Source of the DNA: Octopus sinensis
Lineage: Eukaryota
NCBI RefSeq assembly: GCF_006345805.1
Contig: NC_043003.1
Span: forward strand, 76,260,001 to 76,324,000
DNA length: 64,000 bases
Reading direction: 5' to 3'
Shown in pieces: positions 51,132-64,000 of this stretch (position 1 is its first letter; each line of letters opens with the position of its first letter). Made by a program: the position numbers and the translations under genes. Under the pieces are notes generated by a model that was not told the DNA's origin, did not search any database, and saw only the letters and a list, made by a program, of their open reading frames with translations.

Positions 51132-52599
51132 CATTTGTACAGTGAGGAGAAAGTATTTCTATAAATTGACGAGTTACACTATAGGTTTACTTTTAAGAAA
51201 TTCCCTCATACCTGAGGTATAAAAATATACATTAGGGATACTTACACACCCACACTCACACACACTCATATATATATATTTAACCAGAATATACATGGAG
51301 AGAATATAATCTTATTTTACTATCCAAATGCGAAGTCGGCACACATATTACTGGAACGCATCCAAAGTATTAAAAAACTGCATGATATAAGGTGGAATAA
51401 ATCCAAAATTGTCAGATTTTAAATGCATTTTTTAACAATTTCTGTGGAATATTTCCAAAAAGGAATGGAATAGTAGATGCAAAATTGTCTAATGTAATAC
51501 ATTTTTTAAATATATTTTAGTACTTTTTGGGAAAGGTTGAAACATATTCTACTTAATTTACACAGAACTTACTGTGATTTTTTCCTTAGTAAGAATTATG
51601 TTTCTTTAAATGTTTCTTTGGCTCTCACTATCCTTATTTATATATCAGTCTCGATTTATACACATATGCTCATAAATTCATGCAAGTGTGAGTGCGTTTG
51701 AGTGTGTGTATGTGCGGGTGTATGTGTACATGTGTATGTGGCAGGTACTGTGTTTGGACGCGTGCATGTTCTGTTGTGTGCGGTTGTACGTATGTGTGCG
51801 GTTGTACGTATGTGTGTGTACTTTGTATCGATTCGTTTCCAATTAGATGGTGCCCCTGCAGTACAGCTCGTTACCTGACAATTTTTTCCTGCTGGTAACC
51901 ATGAGAGATAATTAATAAAATACTTATATGTCCATATATCCATATAGATTAATAGATAAATTGACATGCTCACGCACACATATATAGTTGCATGCATATA
52001 TATATATATATAAATAAATATATATACACACACATATATTGTATATATATTAATTTATTCATTCATTATTTATGTATTTGCTTTGCAAGATTCCAAATGT
52101 GAGATCCTGTGTTGAAGTCGATAGTATTTTACCTCGGGATGGTCATTTTCATTTTTTTTCTTGTATTCGTTTTTTAAGGTTTTTTATTTTATTTATTTTA
52201 TTTGTTATTCATTTATTTATTTTCCTAAGTAAACACACGCAGCATGTACTCGTTATTCAGCTTTATTATTGTCTTTATTTTAATGTCCTTTGTCTGAAAT
52301 CTTTCCTCTTTAGCGACTCTCCATCTCACGCGTCTCCTGTTCTGTTCAATCCGTTCTGTCTATCTATGGCATGTATGCTATTCATAAATGCGTTTGGGTG
52401 TGAGTATGTATGCGTGCGCGTGTATGTGTACGTGTGTGTATGTGTGAGCGTAGGTGAAGAATAGTTATAAAAGTGAAGGACGAGTATATGGTGGGTGTGT
52501 TTATTTGGCCAACAAAATATGACCGTCCCGAAATTATATATTTATATATATATATATATCGTCTTTCTACTTCTGGTCACTTCTGGAATGTAACTGCAC

Positions 52600-52760
52600 A
52601 CGTGCTGTTGACGATTTCCTTTCCTTCTTTGGTATTTTCCCTTTCTCCTTTCGGACGAAGACCTGCGCTCGAAACGTCAAATTCTGTCTTCTCGCTGAGC
52701 GCCAATCCAATACGTCTTGTGTTCGTCCTCTTCTTGCCTATTAATTTTATTCGTTTACTT
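52600..52760 (+). mobile_element. Older member of the same hammerhead-bearing repeat family (motif at 52649-52681)
   Basis: TTTCGGACGAAGACCTGCGCTCGAAACGTCAAA followed by CTGAGCGCC. Confidence 0.55.
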
Positions 52761-53041
52761 GAATTCACTGTTGTTATGTGGCTCAGCAAGCCTTTGTATG
52801 TATGCAGTTGGTTTTCTATATATGTATGTATGAACGTATGTATGTATGTATGTATGTATGTATGTATATATGTATGTATATATGTATGTGTGTATGAATA
52901 CATGCTTGTTTGTCTGAGATTGGTACCTTTGCCGACTCTAACATTGTGATCGACTAGCAAGATAGCTGCCTTGTTTTTATATTCTCTATAAAGCGCACTC
53001 TATGTTGGCGTTAATATCCTCTCAGCCGTTCTTATTTCCAG

Positions 53042-53103
53042 CTAGTGAGTTTGCATATAAACAATACTTGTCACGTATCGTTATTGCCAACAAGCTTTAT
53101 GAG
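53042..53103 (+). other. Candidate 62-nt internal exon of an unidentified gene
   Basis: Acceptor GTTCTTATTTCCAG and donor GAG|GTGAGT. Open in two phases (xSEFAYKQYLSRIVIANKLYE or LVSLHINNTCHVSLLPTSFM). No protein family recognised. Confidence 0.2.
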
Positions 53104-53559
53104 GTGAGTCATCAATCTTTCATTGCTGTCTGAATGCCGTATATCAGTTCATTGTACACCGCAAAGCCTAATGCATTATCTTTTAGCTGTCCTTCATCCA
53201 CTGGTTTTGGGTCTATCTTTTCAATTTCTTCTCGTTCTCCTCTTCATCTCCTAATCTCTGTCTCTCTGATTCTTATAAATGTTTTATATTTTTCACCTTG
53301 TATTGTTTACTTCCTATTTTTCTCATCCTTTATATTACTTTCTGTCTTCTTTCTAGTCTGCTACACTCTTTTATAACGATTTATCTTACAGTAAACGACT
53401 TGTCAGCATTTGTTTTTAATTTGCTTGCATTATTAAGTTTAAATACTCATGTTTAAGTATCTTAGGTGTGTACGAAAGGAATCTATCTATTTAACACACA
53501 CTCTCTCCCTTTCTTTCTCCTCTCTCTCTCTCTCTCTCGATATATATATGTATATATAC

Positions 53560-53630
<71 letters not shown>

Positions 53631-53639
53631 ATACATATT

Positions 53640-53682
<43 letters not shown>

Positions 53683-54239
53683 CATATATGACATATGTTG
53701 GTAGGTAGGTAGGTAGGTAGGTAGGTAGGTAGATAGGTAGGTAGTTATGTTCTTTTGTCTTTAATCATATACTTCCTCTTAGGAAGATCTGATTTCTAAC
53801 ACAGATACAAAGCTCCATCGTTAAGTATGTAGTAACGAAAGGTATGTCACATTTTATACTTGAGAAATATCTTGCATGCATTTACTGTTCCACTTATATA
53901 TTGTATTTGTAATGCCTGAGGTAGTCTATTGATTTCTTTTTCTGAAAACACTAGCTTATCCAGATTGCCATTCAATCACTTACAACGCCAAACACATCGA
54001 TTATTTTTAGTATTAATATGAATTTTATAATCTTCATATAGAAGCCGCAACGCTTGTCACTATTACTATCTTCATCAATTTTTCAGGAAACATATCACTT
54101 CACGGTTTTTTATATATACTTAGCGATTCACACCCAGGTTTTCTTGGAGATATGTTATCTGGTTGTTTCGGGGTTTTACGGGCGGCCATAACGACGAGAA
54201 ATCTTTCCGATGAGCACAAGAGTGCTTCCTGAGGAGCTT

Positions 54240-54700
54240 GATGTCTACAAGTAGGGTGTTGATCACTTCACCTTTCAGCACTAACTTTATTTTTGATACT
54301 GTTGTTTGGTCAGTGCTAACTGAGTGAGTGAGACTATACGAAATTTGAAGGGAATCTACATTGATATCTAGGCCCGGTTTTCTTTATCTCTTCTTAGGTA
54401 CAGCCTGTTGATATCACTATTTCTGTGGAGATTTCTAGCTTTGTTATTATCTTGCGGCTTTTAACGTCTGTCAGGTATCGCAAATGTTTGAATCACCACT
54501 GGCAATGCAAATGCAATGTTGGATATCGTGTTGAGGAGCGTTCCGACTGGCGTAGGTTTCTAAATCTGGCATAATATTTTCAGATCACTGGAAGTAGTGA
54601 GACCATTGAGACTTCGGGTTTTGTGGGTCTGATTTTTCTGATTCAGCAATCAAGTATGAACCTTACTTGGTCAAATTGCATTCCTATGTCAGCATTTGGG
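54240..54700 (-). pseudogene. Second R4/Dong-like RT/thumb relic
   Basis: The minus strand reads DIGMQF and later NLHRNSDINRLYLRRDK...RIVSL, matching the DIGMEFG and HPxSDVDRLYLxRxEGGRGL motifs. Confidence 0.55.
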
Positions 54701-55757
54701 GCATAAATCATGTAAAAAGAAATCACGGGTTACATCAATATCTCTGGCATTTCTGTTGCAGACCCTAACATTTAGCCATTTGGTTTTTGTAGTAGGAATT
54801 ACGATTTAATGCCCAATTGGACATATTTACAGAAAGACTATCTCTTTAAAATATTTATAACATTAAAGGCAATCATTCCGCTCTCATTTCTAAGTGTAAG
54901 AATTGTTTCCCTGGTCTCAATGAGCATCTCAATGGCAACAATTAATGTAGCAGGCTATTTTGCGGTTTTTTTAAATATATAACGCAGTAATTTTGTAATA
55001 TTAAGTTCTACATGTGTAAAGTTGCAGGCAATTACAATTTTCAACTGACTTTAAAATTAAATAACGTCTACAAGATTTTAAGTTAAGGCAACAATGAAGA
55101 ATTTAAATGGTCATTTATTATTATTTGCTTTTTTTAAATTCTAACTCCTTGTACTTCTTAAGGTTCAATGATTGAGAACATTTTCGTATTCTGCGCCCGC
55201 ATTTTTAGTCCAGTTCACTCTTCTATTCAGGCAACGCTTCTGTATTTATAATTAATTAAATTTTCCGTTATAATTTTCGTTATAGTGATACTAAAAATAA
55301 AACAGAAATATCATAGCGTAATACAATCAAATTTTAAAATAAAACATATTAAATTAAGAATGAAAATTGCACTAAAAAGCAAAAATAAAATAACAAAAGT
55401 GCGCACACTATTTGATGAACAATTTCAGAAATTTATTTTTATACAGATTTTTTTCAAACACCTTCAGCTTCATTTTCTTCATCTTTTGTTTCGTTACTAG
55501 TCACATGTCTGGTGAATTTATACTGTTTCCTCCAATATACTCTCAGTTAATATTTGCCTGCTATTTTAAAAGCAGTAAACGTTTGTAATCATTGATAAAT
55601 TTTCTCAGATGACTTTACTGAAGTTGATAGAACTTTTTGACACCTTTTTGCATTTCTTGAGTTCCAGAATCAGTGAGGAAACTGAAGTTTCTCCTGTATT
55701 AAGAAAACTAAATCGATATTTTTTAACATTTTTTTTTTCTTTTCCAGAAATTTTTCT

Positions 55758-57165
55758 TGTCTCTAAGAATCTAAACAAATGTCATTGTTATGGTTTTATA
55801 TGAGAATTCAAATTGTAACATTATTCCACACTTCTTCTCTGCTGTCGATTATCACCAATATCTGCCTTGGGGTGATGTATTTTCTTTTATGTTAGGACTT
55901 TCTGACTTCGGTATCTGCTCCTTTACTGGCCAAGAGATAGGATAGATACTAAATATGGCAATCTGCAATCAATATATTGTTCTTTAACGTTTCGAATTTT
56001 ATCTGGAGAATCTTTGTCATAAATAGATTCTTTATGAACCCAAATTTTCGTATATGATAAGCCACTCTTCATTGATATTCTGTTTTTCAAAAATAACGTG
56101 TGATGCTGCCAGAAGTCGGATTGATTTTTGCTAAAACCACTGTATTCATTACAGCTTCTAGTCAATTATAAAAATGTTCCTAAACACCAACAACATCATC
56201 CACACACAGAGTGCCTGCTTTAAAATTTTAGACATATATTTCTATAAACAAACTTCGAAGCAACGAGTGAGTTAGTATTTTATAGAAAATAAATGAATTC
56301 TCGAATGCAGGATAGTTGTGAAAACAGTAAATATCGGGTAAGTACCCTTGTAAATAGTAAATCTAATCCTATGCTTCTCAAATGCCAGTTAGATATGTTG
56401 TGCTCCCTAGAAGAGTTTACAATGCAGAGTGTCTTAAAATGACAAAAATATTTTGACTTGTTAAACTGGTCAACTTTTTGATTTTCGTCCCTTAAAGCCA
56501 CGACATATTTTTGTAGTCAATATTTATTGACTACTTAGCAGTATGGTCAGTATTGTTAGTTATATTGTCCTCGGTGTCATCTTGTCAATTTTCTCGTAAT
56601 GTCTTGGCTGGAAGAAATCACCAAGAGCTCTTTCGTTATCTCAATGCCTCATAGGTTGCGAGCACATATGTGTCTCGTGTCTATTTACATATTGTAACGG
56701 TAGTATGTTTTTAATTGCAAGATTTTGTTTGCTGTACCAATCATTCCTATATTGATTCGCTACTACTACCGGGAAGAATGTTTTAATACAAAAATGTGCT
56801 TTGTAAATTCATTGTAGCTCTCATTTCAGCTACTGATGAATTGTTTCCCGGTCTTCTCTTCTCTTCTGTCTATGAAATGTTTTGTCTCACTTTTAACTTG
56901 CCCAGCAGAAGATTCTTATATTCAGTCATTTCCTGCAAGAGTTGGGTGTTTTGTGGTCTAGAACGTGCATCCAATTTTACGTAACAGTAACCAATATTCT
57001 TCTGTCTCTAAGAAACTAAACAACGCTATTGTTGTGGCTATATGAGAATTCAAATTGTAACATTACTCCACACTTTTCTCTGCAGTCGATAATCACCGAT
57101 ATCTGCTTTGAGTGATGTATTTTCTTGTGTGTTAGAACTTTCTGACCTTGGTATCTGCTCCTTTA
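55758..57165. repeat. Pair of ~165-bp direct repeats (55758-55925 and 57003-57165)
   Basis: TGTCTCTAAGAA..CTAAACAA..ATATGAGAATTCAAATTGTAACATTA.TCCACACTT..GTCGAT.ATCACC..TGATGTATTTTCTT..GGTATCTGCTCCTTTA occurs twice. Confidence 0.85.
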
Positions 57166-57912
57166 ATTTTGTTTATGCTTTTGTTGATAATATCGAAGCT
57201 CTAGTTTCCAGTTTGGATTGTCATGATATTTATAAGGGCTATTATATTTTTGCACTATGTTCAGTCTATCGATTGATCCTGAAGTTTGATTCTTTCTATT
57301 TTTTCTTCCATTGAAGATTTTCATCTTCTTTGTTATAGCTAGTTACTGGCAGTACTCTCTTGTCTAGATACTTTCTTTTTGTTTCGCGTCGAGGCCATAC
57401 GCGAGAGAGATTCTCAACCCTAGCATGACGTCTGCAATTCCTCTCTAAATGATTAATTTTTCGTGTACTCTAATATTTCTGAATGTATTACTCGCCAAAG
57501 TTAACTGATGCAGTTGTAATTTTCTACACAGAGAGTCTACAGAGCTCACATAGACTCAGTTAGCTAGTGTTCATGATGACTGGAATCAATTTCCACTTGA
57601 CTATTTCTCTAATCCACATAGCCGAAATTTCTTCGCAAGGAAGGATGCATTTCACAGCCAAGAACAAGTTTCTTATCTATCCGTGACTATACAGTACGCA
57701 CATTTGTGGCCTGAAGTCGTGTAGCACTATTTGCTTGCCTGGCAGAAATTCTATCTATTTCATGACTCGCTGAAATTATTGAAACTACCCGTTATTGCAC
57801 AAGGAAAATCACAGTAAAACCTCTAAGAAAATTTTGAGTCGTTCTGTTGTTTTCTCAGAAGACCGAGTAATTGGGGCCATGCATAAATCAGATCAGAGCT
57901 TCAATTTAGCAT

Positions 57913-58030
57913 GACTGGAAAGGAATAGAAGATAGGTTCACCCAGAAATGGGCTGAGAGAAAACTGCCCCTGAAAAGCATGTGAAACATGGTTAAAACCT
58001 GCATCACCTCTTTGGTATACTGGCGTCTGA
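57913..58030 (+). pseudogene. Small Tx1-like ORF2 fragment
   Basis: TQKWAERKLPLKSM*NMVKTCITSLVYWRL is homologous to RKLSLKCRAELANEYIMSVID*RL at ~20.95 kb. Confidence 0.6.
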
Positions 58031-58772
58031 TTTTCGAGCGAACATTGTCTGATGAATCATACGCCATTTGACTTAATGTGCATTGTAGAGTCTCAGCTGG
58101 TTAGGAAATCTATATCATATAATGTTCAACAACAATGAACAGCCACAGGATACTGTCGTAGAGTTGTACTAGTATGTTCTTGGGTTAACGCGCTAACGGA
58201 AATAGCCTGTCTAATATGAGGACGGCGAAGAAAACGAAGTTTTGCACACCATTCTTGTGACAATTTTTCAGCAACTTGTTTCTTTGAGCTGTTACATTAT
58301 GCCTTCTAATTTTGAACTTTTAGCATCTGGAATGTTAGCAGATACTGACAATAGTGTACCAGCGGGGAAGTAGTATAAGTAGAAAGAAATCACATGAATA
58401 CTGTATAGTTAACGTGGCTAATAAGGAATGATAATGGCTGACTTTCAAACGTATTATCTTAGCAGTTATGCAGAGAGACGTAAAAGAATCAAACCCTCAT
58501 GTATTGTTCGGGAATTAAAAAGTTATGGATTTGAGTCGACGTTGAAAATCGACCTAGCAAATTCATTGCCAACAGTTCGAAGTAATGGTGAAAAACTAAT
58601 AGAGTATAATAAAACACATACACGTATTAAAGTGTATATGTATATATATGTACTTGATAAAAAATAACCATCACAAAATATAACAATACATGTGTGTGTG
58701 TAGATATATACATACAGACATGCACACATACATACATACGTACGTACATATATACTTATATATATACATATA

Positions 58773-59528
58773 CAAGCTGGTATCATAAAGTTCCCGGACT
58801 AGTTGTGATAAATAAAAATAAGTTTAACATCAACTCCTCTGGAAAAGAAACCTTGACCGGTTTGTATGTATTAATAGCTCTTGATCTCGACAACGGTCTT
58901 AAAACGACGACCTTTGAGTTGCATTTTCCTCTTGGGGAAGAGACGGAAGTCCACAGGTGCCACATCTGGCGAATAGGGCGGATGCGAAGGCGATACCATG
59001 TTGTTTTTGGCGAGAAAGTCACTAGTGAGGAAAGCTCGATGACAGGGTACATAGTCATCGGGAAGAATCCAATTCATCGTGCTCCACAGATCTGGTCGTT
59101 TTGGCTGAATACGGTCCCTCAAATGCTTCAAATTGTCGCAGTAGAATTCTCAATCGACGGTCTGATCCTGGTGGTGGGGATACTCGATGCACAATACCGC
59201 GGCTGGAGACATGAACGATAAGCATACCCTTGATTGATCTGCAGCCCTGCTGTGCACCTATTCCACTCGAAACATTGCGTACGACCCATCGCCTCGTTGC
59301 AGTAAGCTTGCCGAAGCATACTTAATGTCCCTGAAGCAGACCTGGCAATTTTGGCGCATCCACGTGATCACAAAAACAACCATTTCACCACTTGCAAGGT
59401 AAACACATCAACGTCACTCAGTAAACTACCCATTGATTGTCACTGCTAGCTCTCACCGCACGCAACCGTGTGGTGCCATCTGTTGGTGCGCTACAGAGCT
59501 GGTTCGGAAACATTTTGATATCACCTCG
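58773..59528 (-). mobile_element. Internally deleted mariner (DD34D) with both TIRs and TA target duplication
   Basis: ORFs give MLRQAY...MGRTQCFEW and HPPYSPDVAPVDFRLFPK..LKGRRF. The TIRs CAAGCTGGTATCATAAAGTTCCCGGACTAG and CGAGGTGATATCAAAATGTTTCCGAACCAG differ at 8 of 30 positions and are each flanked by TA. Confidence 0.9.
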
Positions 59529-60094
59529 TATATGTGTGTGTGTGAGTGTGTGTGTGTTTGTATGTATACGTATATATGCATACATATGCATATAGATGTG
59601 CGTGAGTCTATGTAGTATTTACTTGTATGTGTGTGTGTGTGTGTGTGTTTATACTTGTGAAAGTGTGTTTGCGCAAGTGCAAGTTTAGGTTGTCTTCTTT
59701 GGGAAGAAACTATATATGGATTTGAAAAGACGTAAATACGCAAGTATTTCAGTTCAAAGCATCTGTTTTCTCATTGAAAATGTTTCCCCACTGTTTTCTG
59801 TATTGTTATGTTGCACATAACAATGAAAGCAGCAAATTGATCGCAGATATTGAATAAAGAATAATCTAGAAGTTTTCGAAACATCAACAATACACTTTTA
59901 TATTTTGCGTATATGTTTGTGTGTGATTATATGGGTGTGTGATTGTATGCGTGTGTGTTTGTGTGTGTGTACCTGCGTTTGAGTGTATACGCGTAAGTGT
60001 GAGTATGTGTGAATATATGTATACACACATATGCATGTTCGTACGTATTGACATATGTATTTGGTTCTCTTCTTGTCTCCTCTGCTCTCCATTT

Positions 60095-60279
60095 ATATAT
60101 ATATATCTGTCTATCTATCTATCTACATAAATAAATAAACAAATCTATATATCTATCTGTCTATCTATCTATCTATCTATCTACATAAATAAATAATATA
60201 TATATATATATATATATTTGTTTATTTATTTATGTAGATAGATAGATAGATAGATAGATAGAGATAGATAGATAGATAG

Positions 60280-60322
<43 letters not shown>

Positions 60323-60340
60323 CAGATAGATAGATAGAGA
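60095..60340. repeat. (CTAT)n/(TA)n/(AGAT)n compound repeat forming a foldback
   Basis: CTACATAAATAAATAAACAAA at 60123-60143 is the exact reverse complement of 60217-60237. Confidence 0.85.
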
Positions 60341-61165
60341 AATAGATGCATTCCTTCATACATACATATATCTTCATCCTCTCCACATATATATATGTAC
60401 CATATTTCTTCATATAGCTATGTAACTACACGTACAGAGATAAGCATGCACACACAATTATCTCTTTGTACAACACTGTTTTTATGTACGAATGTATGTA
60501 TATATGCATGTATATATACATGTATGCAAGAATAAATGTATTTATGTGTCATTGTATGCGCATGTATGTATGTATACGTATGTTCATCCACTTTCTACAA
60601 GAGTTTCCATAGAAAACATTCTTTCAATAATAAGAGAAACGCAATATGATCTATCTACTCGTAATTTGACATTTGGTATTTCCATGAAAATATGAAAGAG
60701 GTCTTAGTGCCACAGGTGTATTCTGCATGGTGGATTCACTGACTTTTAAATACCAACATCGTAACATGTTTCCTGTACACGGATTACATTGAAGAATATG
60801 CTGCGTTGGTTCTGAATAATGGTCTGGTACATCTAAGTAATATAAATGTCCCTTGATAGTTGTTATGTCGGTATATATATATGTATGTGTGTATGTGTGT
60901 GTATGTATGTATGTTGGGTATTATGTTGTGTGAGTTTATATATATATATATATATATATATTGAGTATGTATGTGTATAGATGTGTCTGCAATTATATAG
61001 AATGTAAAAATAGCACAATTCTGTATTCCAGAAACTTCTCCATTACTGACGCTGCATTACAACGGCGGATATCACACATACACATATGAACATTATATAT
61101 ATGTATATATATACATAAATCGGAACATGAATACATACATTCACACGAACGCACACATACTTATA

Positions 61166-62334
61166 CAGGAGTTGAACAAAATAATGGAAGCAGCTAGTTA
61201 AATACAAGATATATTTCCTATTTAGTTAACTCAATTTTGACATCAACCACACATTTGATAGTCTGGGAATTGATTCGTACAAGTTCTGAATGGTTCTTAG
61301 GAAGATCTGAGCCATTTTAACAGTAAATCCTACTTTAACTCTTTCAATGACAATGGAGAATAGACGTGGCTACACACTTCCTTCTCCAAAATGCACGATC
61401 AACTTTCAATAATACTGAAATCTGGTTACCTGGGGGGAAATTCAAGTCGTCTAACTTTCTTTTATGCTCTTCGTACAAATTTGCATAAGATTATTGTAAA
61501 CCATGAGAGAAACCGCTTGTACTCTCATGGGGAAAACGCTTGTAACAGTGGATGGACATGGTTAACCGAAATACTTGGACAGTCCTTAGCAATTACTCTG
61601 CCATGTAGAAGTAAAGAGGCCAAGTGATACAGCAGTCACCACAGATCCACCTCTATGCTGCACGGTATCTCACAAACATTCAAGTTTAGATGTTTCATAA
61701 ACTCGTTCCGATGAAAGAAAAAGAGTGAATGAGGACACACCACAAATGGCATTGTAGTTCCAGTGAGGCATTGAACACTCTTCCCCATTAAAATTGCTCA
61801 TGGGTGACACAGGTATAAAAATGTCCGCCTCCTGATACTATCCCAATTAAAGGAGCTTGCAACAAACAGTTTTGACTAAAACAGGTTTGGGAATGTGTTG
61901 GTTTGACCTTGCCATCACTTCTGCCGTACTTCGATGGGTTTTAGACAAAATACATTTCACTATTCTGCGGTCTCTCTCTGTGAGTTTTGCCTTTCATCCA
62001 CAATTATGCTTGACAGATTTGGTTTTACCTTTGGGATGGAATGGCAGTGGGATATTTGAGATTGCCTGTCCGAAACACAAGTATTTCAGTAGGTTAAGAC
62101 TGAAGTTCCAGACATCCGTGTTCTAATATTTTGTCCTCTTTGGAAATCAGATAAATCCTGCATTTTAACTTAATCTAAGCACAAATAAGATTGTCAAATG
62201 GCTATATCATGAAACACAAGGCATATGTAGTGCATATGATTAGATATACAGAAAATAATAGAGTTGAAGATGCCCTATTGCCGATAGCAAGAAATAATAA
62301 CAAGCGGGATTTCAATTATTTTGACCAACCCATG
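61166..62334 (-). mobile_element. Degenerate Tc1 (DD34E) transposon with TIRs and TA target duplication
   Basis: The minus-strand ATG at 62163 gives MQDLSDFQRGQ, KLTERDRR, TVQHRGGSV, LHGRVIAKD, FPPR*PDFSIIE and IQNLYESIPR. The TIRs TA-CAGGAGTTGAACAAAATAATGGAA and TA-CATGGGTTGGTCAAAATAATTGAA match. Confidence 0.85.
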
Positions 62335-62525
62335 TATGTGTTGTTCATCACATGTCAGTATTTATTCCAACTGTTTCTTTACGGCAGTTACATTGAGACA
62401 AAATGTTACACCCTGACACATGCACTCACGCACACATACACACACAACCCCCCCCCTACACACACACACACGCAAGTCGTATTTCCGTATATATATATTC
62501 TTTTTAGTCAACTATTTCATCAATT

Positions 62526-62720
62526 ATATTTCTTTACTACCCACAAGGGCCTAACAAGGGCAGACAAACGGATTAAGTCGATTACATCGACCCCAGTGCG
62601 TGACTGATACTTAATTTATCGACCCCGAAAGGATGAAAGGCAAAGTCGACCTCGGCGGAATTTGACCTCACAACGCAATGACAGACGAAATACCGCTAAG
62701 CATTTCGCCCGGCGTGCTTA
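62526..62720 (-). mobile_element. Core-domain tRNA SINE (tail type 2), monomer
   Basis: Same body and core as 41465-41880. Confidence 0.85.
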
Positions 62721-63530
62721 ACTACTCGGTTATTTGACTAATCGCTTGACTGATCAATCAGTAGTCTGGCAAGGTTACTGCCGTCTATATTCGCGACCTC
62801 ATGAAATAGGTACTCGTATTTCTCCAGGTAAGTAAGTATGGATACATCAAGATAGACCTAGAGTAGCGAAGCTATGCTATAAATGCGTACATAAATGTAG
62901 ATCAAAGAACTCTAACAAACTAACTGATTTATTGATTGATAGAACGATTAATCAAACAATTGAATAATTCATTAACTGACGAACACTACAAAAGAATAAC
63001 AACAAGAAATGAAACAGAATAATTTTCCAAGCATTCAATATTAAAAATTATCTAAGAAGTTTCGGAAAGTTAACTTAGTATACAAATGTAGCGGAAGATA
63101 TGTGGACAAGGAATTTTGTGCGAGAAAGAGCTTTCCTTTTCATAGCTTATGATATACGAATTAGAAATAACATACAATTTTAAGCTTCAGCACATGTACG
63201 TATAAACGTATATTATACATCTGTCGGTGTGTGCATGCGTGTACGTATATGTGGTGTTAGGGTGGGGGGCGTGTGTGTGTGTTACTTTAGTAAGTTGTTT
63301 CAGCACTTGTGTTACCCTCTGTATTCAGTGGATCAGCCGATCGTTTGATAAGAATTAATCATGAACACACCCAGGCGTATATCCGAGACCGTCATAAGCC
63401 CATAATGAATATTTAAATGGATATCAACTATTATATCTGTTGATATACATACATATATATGTATGTATGTATGTATTATGAATGTATGTATGTACGTATG
63501 TACGTATGTATGTATGCATGCATGTATGTA

Positions 63531-64000
63531 CAAGGTGTCAAGAAATTAAGGCAACCGAAGTTTAGTGCTTTAATAACAATCAATCCGATAAGATATGAAA
63601 ATTATACATCATTATAAAATCTTAGTCTTATTGTTTCAGACTAAATAAGTTCCGATTTATGAATTAGATAATAGCTATGCACTGAAATACAGTCACATAC
63701 TTCCACAAAGGAGGCAAAAGTTATACATCTATGGCAAAAAAAAGTCTGGAAAATTGTCAAGAAGTGTGAATAGAATGGTTCCACTGCTAATCGACCTGGA
63801 CATAGCCGAAAACGAAATGCGCAGACCACTCAGCTTCTCAAGAGTACCAGGAAAGAATATGGCGAATATCCTCGTCCTTCCGGCAGAAAACGGGCTGCAA
63901 CTGGAAAAATAATCCGAACATCGTTGTATTGAGTTCTAAAGTAAGATCTCTACACCCATTCCTACGACATCACCCCACCCCCATTATGACCTCACGCAAG
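63531..64000 (+). mobile_element. 5' part of a Tc1/mariner-superfamily (maT-like) element, truncated by the window end
   Basis: TA-CAAGGTGTCAAGAAATTAAGGCAACC is a TIR-like start. The relic peptide VWKIVKKCE*NGSTANRPGHSRKRNAQTTQLLKSTR..YPRPSGRKRAA resembles the HTH region xGxxxDRPGRGRKRS. Confidence 0.6.

Overview
AT-rich, microsatellite-dense animal genomic DNA, most likely octopus/cephalopod. That assignment is inferred from the SINE families and repeat landscape, not from a database search. I found no confidently identifiable host gene, tRNA/rRNA gene or CRISPR array, and most entries in the ORF track are translations of simple repeats. The window is a transposon graveyard. Non-LTR retroelements: a near-intact, young CR1-like LINE ORF2 (37.5-40.2 kb, two frameshifts) with an older truncated relative (29.4-30.1 kb); a degenerate two-ORF Tx1/L1-like element (18.0-21.5 kb) plus two fragments; R4/Dong-like RT relics; an RTE-like tail with two C2H2 fingers; and a Penelope-like GIY-YIG relic. 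DNA transposons and small repeats: five Tc1/mariner-superfamily relics, several MITE/foldback elements and tRNA-derived SINEs. The most interesting signals are (i) five minimal type-I hammerhead-ribozyme-like motifs in short (TA)n-associated repeats, one with the catalytic C3:G8 pair flipped to G3:C8; (ii) a (TAA)n-embedded non-coding element with an ABAB array of four 138-bp TATA-containing monomers; and (iii) a 41-nt intron-like linker whose removal would fuse Tx1 ORF1 and ORF2 in frame.
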